This document shows, piece after piece, positions 10,075 through 17,997 of a stretch of 64,000 nucleotides of DNA. Under the pieces are notes generated by a model. That model ran no database searches, was not told where the DNA came from, and saw only the letters and a program-made list of their open reading frames with translations. Position 1 is the first letter of the stretch; each line of letters begins with the position of its first letter. The DNA is from Gemmatimonadaceae bacterium (GTDB taxonomy: Bacteria; Gemmatimonadota; Gemmatimonadetes; Gemmatimonadales; Gemmatimonadaceae): NCBI GenBank assembly GCA_044224875.1, contig JBGAJQ010000005.1, positions 64,001-128,000 of the forward strand. Reading direction: 5' to 3'. Both the position numbers and the translations under genes were made by a program.

Positions 10075-10497
10075 ATGGTGCGCCCCAGTCGTCTCGCGAT
10101 CGTAGCAATCCTTCTCGCAGCTCCCACTCTGAAGGCGCAAAGCGCCGCCCCGCGCGACTCGCTGGCCTTCGCACGACAAGTCGCCGAGTGGTTCTATACC
10201 TCGCAAGTCGACTCGCTGTGGGCGCACACCGGTGCGGAGGTCCAGAAGAAGCTCGAGAAGCCCGAGAAGTACATGGAGTTCCTGGGTGAGCTGACGGGCC
10301 GGGCGGGAGCCGAGGAGAAGTTGATGGAGGAGAAGTTCGTCAAGCGCAGCGGCAACACGCAGTACTGGCGCACCTCGAAGTACGCCCTCGCCGACGAACC
10401 GCTCATGCTCCGGTTCGCCTTCTCCAAAGACTTCCAGATCATCGGCGTCGGCATGAACCCCGCCAGTGAGGCGCCTCCGGTCGATCCGATCAAGTAG
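10075..10497 (+). CDS. Small secreted hypothetical protein (possibly DUF3887-like)
   Basis: Signal peptide ending LKAQ; typical codon usage. Confidence 0.75.
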   Translation: MVRPSRLAIVAILLAAPTLKAQSAAPRDSLAFARQVAEWFYTSQVDSLWAHTGAEVQKKLEKPEKYMEFLGELTGRAGAEEKLMEEKFVKRSGNTQYWRTSKYALADEPLMLRFAFSKDFQIIGVGMNPASEAPPVDPIK

Positions 10498-10684
10498 CGG
10501 GCGACTTCGCCGCCGGGGGAGTCCACCTCGAGGACGATCGCCGGGGTCCCCGTAGCGCGTGCAACCGCGCATTTTTGGAGAGTGCGTGCGAGCGGCCTGC
10601 CCGAGCGGCCGATAGCTGGGTGGATGCCGATCGGGTGCGCCATGGCACAGGTGCGCGGCGGCAGGAATCCACGACTCGAACCCC

Positions 10685-11131
10685 TTGATCTCACCCTTCG
10701 TTCGAATAGCTGCCACCAAGGCGCGTTCAGCCGCTGAGCGCGAAGCGCTCGATTGTATCGTCTCGCTCGCCGAGCGTCTCGACGAACTCGAATTGGGGTT
10801 CGAGACGCGGATCAACGCAAGTAAGGCGCGACGGGGCGAAGGTCCCACGAAGGTGTCCAGCGCGCGGCGCGAACAGCTCCAACAGCTGGCGGCGGATGAG
10901 AAACAGCTTGAAGCGGAGCAGCTAGTGCAATTCCAGGCGATGGAGCGTGCCGTGGATATCCTGGCGGCCCTGCACTCTGGGATGGAAAGCGACGTGGGGT
11001 TCTGGAAAGGCGCGCATCACCACACGAACCCCGCAGAAAAACCCGTTGTGCAGGAGCTTGTGGACGCGAAGATTGCGTTGCTCGAGGCGATGGCGACGTA
11101 TCTGAGTCAGTTTCCCAGCATTGATGGCTGA
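10685..11131 (+). CDS. Hypothetical coiled-coil protein, possibly 5'-truncated
   Basis: E/Q/L/A-rich amphipathic helices; TTG start without a clear RBS. Confidence 0.5.
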   Translation: MISPFVRIAATKARSAAEREALDCIVSLAERLDELELGFETRINASKARRGEGPTKVSSARREQLQQLAADEKQLEAEQLVQFQAMERAVDILAALHSGMESDVGFWKGAHHHTNPAEKPVVQELVDAKIALLEAMATYLSQFPSIDG

Positions 11132-11212
11132 CACGAAACGTGGAAGCCTTGCCTCCAAAATGGCTGGAAGCTCGAGAGCGACTGCGCCAGCGCGTTCTGG
11201 AGGAAGCGTTAG

Positions 11213-11716
11213 ATGCCTGTAGTCACCTTGCAAGGGTTTGAGCTGACACGAGACGGCGCGTTGCTCCTCGGATGGCTCCAGCGGCCGCATGTAGCGAAAT
11301 GGTGGGGCGACTCGGCCCGCGCCATGCAGCACGCGAGCGCGTGCGCACCCGAGTCGCACGCGCTCATCGTCGCCGATGGCATGCCGGTGGGCTATGTGTG
11401 CTGGCAGCAGCTGCCCGCGGAGGAGCTGGAAGACGCCGACCTGAAGGACGTTCCCGGCGGCCTGATGGACATCGACATCCTCCTTGGCGATCCCGACCTG
11501 CTCGGCCAGGGGATTGGCACGCAGGCCCTACGGCTTCTATTGACTCGCTTGCGAAGCGAGCAGATGGTGGGATTCGCGGGCCTCGGGACGTCCACCTCGA
11601 ACACGCGGGCCATCCGGTGCTATGAGAAGGCGGGGTTTCAGCTGCATCGGATGTTCCAGGACCCCGAGTGGGGGCCATGCCACTACCTGATCGCTGCCGT
11701 TCGCGGCAGTGTCTAG
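11213..11716 (+). CDS. GNAT N-acetyltransferase (AAC(6')-Ib/IucB-like subfamily)
   Basis: WLQRPHVAKWW, DIDILLGDPDLLGQGIGT, NTRAIRCYEKAGF; GGAGG upstream. Confidence 0.88.
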   Translation: MPVVTLQGFELTRDGALLLGWLQRPHVAKWWGDSARAMQHASACAPESHALIVADGMPVGYVCWQQLPAEELEDADLKDVPGGLMDIDILLGDPDLLGQGIGTQALRLLLTRLRSEQMVGFAGLGTSTSNTRAIRCYEKAGFQLHRMFQDPEWGPCHYLIAAVRGSV

Positions 11717-11757
11717 GTCGATGCCCGCGGAACCATCGACGCGGACGGTCGGTGGCG

Positions 11758-12164
11758 ATGAATTCCGTCACAATTCGGCTCGTCGCGCGATCCTTGGTGC
11801 GACGGCCGCGCGTCGCCTCGATCGTTACCCTCACCCTGGCACGGTCGATCGCCTCGGTGTCCAGCGTCTTCAGCCTGTTCGATCCCATCTTCCTGCGCGC
11901 CATGCCCCGGCCCGAGGCGGACCGCCTGGTGCGCATACAGACGCGCGACCTGGGGGCTGGATCGGTCCTGATGGTCGTGTCGCTGCCAGACTTCGACGAC
12001 ATGCAGAGGAAGTGCGGGCCTTCGACAGACTCTCAGCCCACGTGATCTTCCCATCGACCATGAGTGTCGGGATGGCCACCCTTGCGGTGCAGGTCGCATT
12101 CGCCACCCCAGACGCGCCGGCCGATGTCGTGGGTCCGGTGCATTTGTCGGGCGCCACGCCATAA
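11758..12164 (+). pseudogene. Frameshifted, truncated 5' remnant of an ADOP/MacB-FtsX ABC permease
   Basis: RSLVRRP...TLA..IA..S.VFSL.D...LR.MP.PEADRLV...VSLPDF.D; continues in another frame (EVRAFDRLSA) and then breaks off. Confidence 0.75.
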
Positions 12165-12233
12165 TCCCGAGGCGGGCGTGCAAACGCGCCGGATCTATCG
12201 ATCCCTATCGCTAGGACCGGGATCAGTCATCGA

Positions 12234-13730
12234 TCACTGCGGCGACGAACGACCGGTTGCCGAGGGCGGCTTCTCCTCCAAGTGGCGTGGCAAGACCACT
12301 GCGCCGCCGCGCACCACGACGTTGCCGTCGCGAATGACCACGTCGACCTTGGACAGGTCGTCGAGCGTTAGGTCGGGGCGGCCATCGACAACGAGAACGT
12401 CAGCGAGCTTTCCCGGCTCCAGCGTCCCCAGCTTGTCACCCATGTCGAGCAACTCGGCGCTCGTCTTCGTCGCTGCGACCAGCACCTCGGGAACGGTGTA
12501 ACCGGCCTGCACGAATGATCGGAGCTCCGTGATGTACGCCCCGGGAAGGGCACGGTACCAACCGACCACCAGATCCGTCCCGATCCCCATCTTGATGCCC
12601 GCGCGTTTCATGCGGCGCAGCACGTCGAGGTTCGTCGAATCGTTGAAGTAGAAGCGGCGCGACGTCGAGCCGAAGTAGCCGCCGCCATACGACGCGAAGA
12701 GATAGGCGTAGGTGACGAGGGTCGGGTCGGCCTCGACCTTCCGTTCCGCCATCAGGCGGATTGTCTCGTCGCTGCGAGGAAGCGGGTGCTCGATCATGTC
12801 GACCCCGGCCTCGACGGCCCACTGCGTGTAGAACGTCTCGCAGTCGCAGGTGACCTTAAGTCCGAGGGCGTGGGCCTCTTCGATCGCGGCCTGCACTTCC
12901 GGCTTGCTGAAGTGCGAGCCGACCTTGATGACGTCGGCCCCGCGATCGAACAGGTCGCGCACCGCGTTGCGCCACTCGTCAGCGCCGATGGCGGTGCGGA
13001 CCAGTTGCTTGGATGACGGATGCATCCCGAGACCCTGGGCGGCGTGGCCGCTGACCGACGTGAGCAGCTGACCGGCAGCGAACACGCGCGGCCCCGGGAT
13101 TCGATTTCGCGCGACCCAGTCCTTGAGGCGAAAGGCCACGTCGCCCATCGACGCTACGTCGCGCACGCTGGTAATGCCGCTCTCGACGAAGTAGCGCAGT
13201 CGCTCCGCTCCGCGCAGCACCGCGTCGGGTTCGCTCAGCGCCTCTTCATCGGCATCGCGCGGATCGGAGTAGGTGAGGTGCGTGTGCAGGTCCACCATGC
13301 CAGGCATCACGGTCTTCCCCGCGGCGTCGATCAACGTTGCACCCGCCGGCCACCCTGCCGATCCCGGGCGAGCGTCAGCGGGGAGAATCCGCGCGATCTT
13401 GTTGCGCTCGATGACCAGCGTCCCCTCGCGAGCGGTGGCGCCGGTCCCGTCGAAGATGCGGCCACCGCGCACGACGATGGCGCCATCTGGTCCCTTCGGT
13501 CCACGCGCCACGGGGATTCGGCGCGGGTCGTCGGTGGTCTCGACGTTCATCGCCGCCATGTTGGCACGGCGATCAGGGGCGCGGGTTTGCGCGGGAAGGG
13601 CGCGCACCGAGCCTAACGATGCGAGGAGAAGGGCAGCGACCTGGACTCGTCGGGCATCGCGATCATGGCGCGACCGGCGAGTCTTCGACAGAGATGCTGA
13701 GAACCCGTGCATGGGCGACCTGGCGTGCAT
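12234..13730 (-). CDS. Secreted amidohydrolase (prolidase/imidazolonepropionase-like)
   Basis: GKTVMPGMVDLHTH, GITSVRD, GADVIKV, IEH, GTD, LGTLEPGKLAD; start uncertain (13778, 13730 or 13712). Confidence 0.9.
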   Translation of the reverse strand: MHARSPMHGFSASLSKTRRSRHDRDARRVQVAALLLASLGSVRALPAQTRAPDRRANMAAMNVETTDDPRRIPVARGPKGPDGAIVVRGGRIFDGTGATAREGTLVIERNKIARILPADARPGSAGWPAGATLIDAAGKTVMPGMVDLHTHLTYSDPRDADEEALSEPDAVLRGAERLRYFVESGITSVRDVASMGDVAFRLKDWVARNRIPGPRVFAAGQLLTSVSGHAAQGLGMHPSSKQLVRTAIGADEWRNAVRDLFDRGADVIKVGSHFSKPEVQAAIEEAHALGLKVTCDCETFYTQWAVEAGVDMIEHPLPRSDETIRLMAERKVEADPTLVTYAYLFASYGGGYFGSTSRRFYFNDSTNLDVLRRMKRAGIKMGIGTDLVVGWYRALPGAYITELRSFVQAGYTVPEVLVAATKTSAELLDMGDKLGTLEPGKLADVLVVDGRPDLTLDDLSKVDVVIRDGNVVVRGGAVVLPRHLEEKPPSATGRSSPQ

Positions 13731-13777
13731 GGTTAGGGTAATCCGGAGACTGGTAACGGAACTCTGAGGCTTCACCA

Positions 13778-16063
13778 TCAACTGTACGGCTTCATCTGGT
13801 ACGCCGGGGGCGTCTTGCCGAGCAGCTCACGGACGAAGAAGTCCCATTGACGGCGCCAGAAGTAAGGGACGGCCATCACTGGATGATTCGCGTTAGGTAC
13901 GATCAGGAGCTCGAAGTCCTTGTTGGCCTTGATCAGCGCGTCGACCAATCGGAACGTATTGGCCGGCGGCACGTTGTCATCCAGCTCTCCGTGGACGATC
14001 ATCAACTTGCCGACCAGCTTCGACGCCCATGTGATGTTCGAGTTGGCATCCCAGACCGGTCCCATCTCGGGGCCCATCCACTGCTCGTTCCACCACGCCT
14101 TGTCGAGCCGGTTGTCCTGCACGCCGGCACCCGTTAGGCCTACCTCATAGAAGTCGGGCCGTTCGGTGAGCGCCCGGACCACATCGTAACCGCCCGCCGA
14201 ATAGCCATACACGCCAACGCGCGAGGTATCCATCCACGGGTACTTCGCAGCCATCGCGCGGATCATGGCGATGTGATCGTCGAGCCCGACGGCGTGCACG
14301 TTTCGGTAGGCGGGCTGCTGGAAGGCGCGCGACCGACCGGCCACTCCGCGTCCGTCGACCGTCACCCCGATCGCGCCGATTTGCACCTGCGGCTGGATAA
14401 AGCGAGCCACCAGCGACGCCTCGAACGACTTCGGGCTGTTCGCGATGATCTGCGGCCCCGTGTAGATCTCCTCGATGATGGGATAGCGCTTGGCCGGATC
14501 GAAACCCGCCGGCTTGAAGATCGCCCCGAAGATTGGTGTGGTGCCGTCAGCTGCCATTGTCTCGAATGGCTCCGGCAGGAGATACCCTGCCGCGAGAAAG
14601 TCGCTGACGTCGGCTCGGCCCAGCTCCATGAGCATCCGCCCGTCGCTGGTGCTCCGCAGCACCGATCGCGTCGGCTGATCGATGAACGACATGTTGTCGA
14701 CGAAGTACCGGCCGTCGGGCGAGACCGACACGTCGTGATCGAGCGGCTCGGGTGTCAGGAGCCGGATCGCGCCGCCCTTGCTCGGGAGCGCGTAGAGATG
14801 GCGGAGATAGGGATCGCGACCGGCCTCGCGGCCGGTTCCCGTCACCAGCAACGTGCCGGACACCGAGTCGACGCCGGCGACGTCGCGCACCAGCCAGTCT
14901 CCCGTCGTTAGGCGGCGCCGGACACCGGAGCGGGGATCGATCCCGTAGAGCTGGAACCAGCCGGTCTGGTCCGAAGTCCAGTAGACCATGTCCGTCTTGG
15001 CGTCGTAGAACCAGAACTGGGTCCAGGTGTCGATGTAGGTGTCGGAGCGATCCTCCGAGAGAACCCGGGCTTCCCCAGTGGCGGCGTCAACCCGATACAG
15101 TTGCAGCCGCCGGTCGCCTCGCTCGGCCAGGCGCGCGAACACCGCCTTGCCATCGGCGCTCCACTCATAGTAGGGACCGAAGTAGTAGAGCACTGGATCG
15201 GGAGGCAACGTCATCGCGGTTTGCGCGCCGGTCTCCACGTCGAAGAACACGCCGCGGGCCACTGCGGTCACCGTGTCGCCCGGCAACGTGTAGACGTACC
15301 GGAACACCCGGGGTGCGTCGCCGCCCGGCGGGGTCGACTGGACCAGCGCCAAGCGCCGAGCGCCCGCCTGATCGAGGCGGAAGGTCGCGATGCGGCGGGA
15401 GTCCGGCGACCATGTGAGTAGCGGCTGCATGACTGGATGCTCGGTCCCCTGGGCGATCATGATCTTCGGATCGATCACCGGCGTGGCATACGGCGACTCG
15501 GTCGTGCCGTCGGTCGTGAGTTGTCGCTCGCGGCCGTCCCGGGTGGAGATCAGGAACAGGTTGCCGCTGCGCACGACAGCCCGCCACGCGCCGTCGGGCG
15601 ACTTCTCGCCACCGAGCGTATCGCTGTCAGGCGTTAGGGCACGCGTGGTGGGGTCGTATTCCCAACTCTTCCCACCAGCCGCAAAGCGGAGGATCCCGGT
15701 CTTGGCATCGACGCGGAGCCCGAGCAGGCGAAAATCCCTGAGCTCGATCGGCTTCCCAGTGGCCGCGGCGAGGGCGGCGATGAGCGCCGCGTGGTCGAAC
15801 AACGGCCGAGTGGTGCTGGTGGCAATATCGACCAGGAGATACTCGCGGCCGGCCCTGGTCAGCTTCTCGAACCAGAAGCGCGACGTTTGACCGATCCATT
15901 GCGGGCGGACGCTCAAGCCGGGGATCAATTTGCGGACATGCTGCGGCAACAGTGCTTCGGCCTTTGCGTACGCGGACGGTGGGACCGGCTCCTGCATCGG
16001 CGCAGCCGCGAGCGGCGTTGAACCTGCCAGCGCGAATGTGGCAACTGCCACGAGTCGCTTCAT
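13778..16063 (-). CDS. S9B dipeptidyl peptidase IV family protein
   Basis: Signal peptide; DPP-IV propeller; catalytic GYSAGG, DDNV, NANH; GGAGG upstream. Confidence 0.92.
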   Translation of the reverse strand: MKRLVAVATFALAGSTPLAAAPMQEPVPPSAYAKAEALLPQHVRKLIPGLSVRPQWIGQTSRFWFEKLTRAGREYLLVDIATSTTRPLFDHAALIAALAAATGKPIELRDFRLLGLRVDAKTGILRFAAGGKSWEYDPTTRALTPDSDTLGGEKSPDGAWRAVVRSGNLFLISTRDGRERQLTTDGTTESPYATPVIDPKIMIAQGTEHPVMQPLLTWSPDSRRIATFRLDQAGARRLALVQSTPPGGDAPRVFRYVYTLPGDTVTAVARGVFFDVETGAQTAMTLPPDPVLYYFGPYYEWSADGKAVFARLAERGDRRLQLYRVDAATGEARVLSEDRSDTYIDTWTQFWFYDAKTDMVYWTSDQTGWFQLYGIDPRSGVRRRLTTGDWLVRDVAGVDSVSGTLLVTGTGREAGRDPYLRHLYALPSKGGAIRLLTPEPLDHDVSVSPDGRYFVDNMSFIDQPTRSVLRSTSDGRMLMELGRADVSDFLAAGYLLPEPFETMAADGTTPIFGAIFKPAGFDPAKRYPIIEEIYTGPQIIANSPKSFEASLVARFIQPQVQIGAIGVTVDGRGVAGRSRAFQQPAYRNVHAVGLDDHIAMIRAMAAKYPWMDTSRVGVYGYSAGGYDVVRALTERPDFYEVGLTGAGVQDNRLDKAWWNEQWMGPEMGPVWDANSNITWASKLVGKLMIVHGELDDNVPPANTFRLVDALIKANKDFELLIVPNANHPVMAVPYFWRRQWDFFVRELLGKTPPAYQMKPYS

Positions 16064-16636
16064 CCTCGCCTCCTTCTGGGAACGTGCGACGGCAGGCGAC
16101 GGGCCTGGTCGTCAATATCGGCAATCAGGCTGCAATCGGGCCGGGGGATGGTACCCTGGTCGGTAACTGGTTGCAAGGCTCCATATAGGGTAGCTTTGCC
16201 AAAAGGGGCGCCGGCGTCACCCGGCTACTCTCGGTCGATCTCACGTTAGGCTGGGCGTGACATGAGGCCGTCGAACAAGAAGCTCCTGTCGACAAGCAGG
16301 GTAAGGAATGGCGCGCTTCGCGCGGTTTCATCTGTTCGGCCGACTCCATCCATTAGTACACGGGGTCGTTCCCGAGTGCGGTTGTCGAATCGGGCATCGT
16401 GCGGTGGACACGGTTGAACTCTTGGAGTCCAGCACGTATGTCTGGGGAACTACTCTGAGGCCGTGCTTTCAAGGACAGCCGCGGAGCGAGCAGAGAGGCC
16501 GATTCGTTATGCGCTGGTCCGACTTTCAAGCACAAGGCTCATCCGACGCTACTACCGCTTCCCGGTGTCGACCGTCGCTCCATCGAATGCTTCCGGCGAC
16601 AAAGCGCACTAGGCGTCAGCTGACCGGTCCACTCGC

Positions 16637-17887
16637 GTGAACGGTTCGACACGCCTCGTCTGGCTGCTCTCCCTCGTCAGCCTCGTCGGCTACGCACTCC
16701 GCACGAACATCACGGTCGCGCAGGAGTACATGGCCCCCGAACTCGGCCTCTCCATGCGCGATTTGGGCGTCATTTCGGCGTGGGGATTCCAACTGAGTTA
16801 CGCGATCTTCCAGATCCCCGGGGGCTTCCTCGGCGATCGCTACGGGGCGCGACTCGTCCTGTTCCTCGCCATCCTTGGCTGGAGCCTGGCGAGTCTGGCG
16901 TCGGGGCTCGTACCTGCCAGTGCGGGATTCGCGTTCGCTACGTTGTTCGCCGCTCGCGTGCTGCTCGGTGCCGCGCAAGCCGCGACGTATCCGGTGGCGG
17001 CGATGGCGGCAGCACAATTTGTCCCGGCCGAACGTCGCGTCGGTGCAAGCGCGATGTATCTCGCATCCGCCTTGCTGGGGTCCGCACTGGCACCGTTGAC
17101 GCTCGCTCCCGTTATGGTCTGGGCGGGCTGGCGATCCGTGTTCCTGGTGAGCGCCGCGGTGGGAGCGATCGCTGCGTTTGCCTGGCTCGCGTTTGCCCCG
17201 CGCCGAGTGGAGGTATCTGGAACCCTGCGCTACGTGCCGCTCCACGCGCAGGTGAAAGAGATCGCCGTTCTCCTGAAGCAGCGCAATCTCCTCTTGTTGT
17301 CGCTGTCGTACCTACTGCACTCGGCCACCTACTTCGTATTCGTGTTCTGGTTCTTCCGCTACCTGGTGGAGGGCCGTGGTTTTGGTGTGCTGGCGAGTGG
17401 TGTGTGGGGAAGCACGCCCTACTTCATGGCGTTCATCATCGCGCCGTTGGTGGGCCACGCAACCGATCGCTTGGCTCGGCGCGTTGGGCCTGCCGTGGCC
17501 AGGCGCCGCGCCGCGATGGCCTGCCTGATTACGGGCGCCACACTGGTCGTCATCGGTGCGAATCTGCCGACGGCGTGGATGGCGGTGCTGACGTTGGGGC
17601 TGTCGGTGGGCCTGATCGCCTCCGCGGAGGCGCCGTATTGGACGACCACCACCGCCGAGGGTTCGCACAACCCGGGTACCGCAGGTGGATTGTTGAACCT
17701 GATGGGAAACCTTGGCGGCGTGCTCTCGATCTGGTTGGTGCCCATCATGAAGGATGCGTGGGGATGGGGGCCGATGCTCGGATTCTGGGCGGCTGTTGCT
17801 GTAGCGGCGGCGAGCTTGTGGATGACGTTGTCGGTGAAGCGCGCGTTTGGAATGGGCGGTCGCCAAAACGCGGTTGGCACTGGCTAG
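16637..17887 (+). CDS. MFS transporter (anion:cation symporter-like)
   Basis: About 12 TM segments; YAIFQIPGGFLGDRYGAR motif A; GGLLNLMGNLGG. Confidence 0.9.
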   Translation: MNGSTRLVWLLSLVSLVGYALRTNITVAQEYMAPELGLSMRDLGVISAWGFQLSYAIFQIPGGFLGDRYGARLVLFLAILGWSLASLASGLVPASAGFAFATLFAARVLLGAAQAATYPVAAMAAAQFVPAERRVGASAMYLASALLGSALAPLTLAPVMVWAGWRSVFLVSAAVGAIAAFAWLAFAPRRVEVSGTLRYVPLHAQVKEIAVLLKQRNLLLLSLSYLLHSATYFVFVFWFFRYLVEGRGFGVLASGVWGSTPYFMAFIIAPLVGHATDRLARRVGPAVARRRAAMACLITGATLVVIGANLPTAWMAVLTLGLSVGLIASAEAPYWTTTTAEGSHNPGTAGGLLNLMGNLGGVLSIWLVPIMKDAWGWGPMLGFWAAVAVAAASLWMTLSVKRAFGMGGRQNAVGTG

Positions 17888-17997
17888 CCGCAGACACTCC
17901 CGACGCGTGTGGATCCGGCTTGCCTGTCGCCGCCTCGCGGTCTAGTCTTTGCCCCACCACTCCCGGTGCGTGCGCGGAACCTCGGCAGGAGGAGCTG

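Noticed and set aside
10640..10700. GGTTCGAGTC on the minus strand, resembling a tRNA T-arm or att remnant
   Set aside because: No cloverleaf, T-stem pairing or CCA end can be built
16125..16535. Two in-frame minus-strand ORFs separated by one stop, a possible pseudogene
   Set aside because: No recognisable family; could be chance in a divergent promoter region
16780..17997. 1246-aa ORF suggesting a 406-aa N-terminal extension of the kinase
   Set aside because: The extension is an alternate frame of the MFS gene with Arg/Gly-rich shadow composition; a strong RBS and GTG sit at 17998
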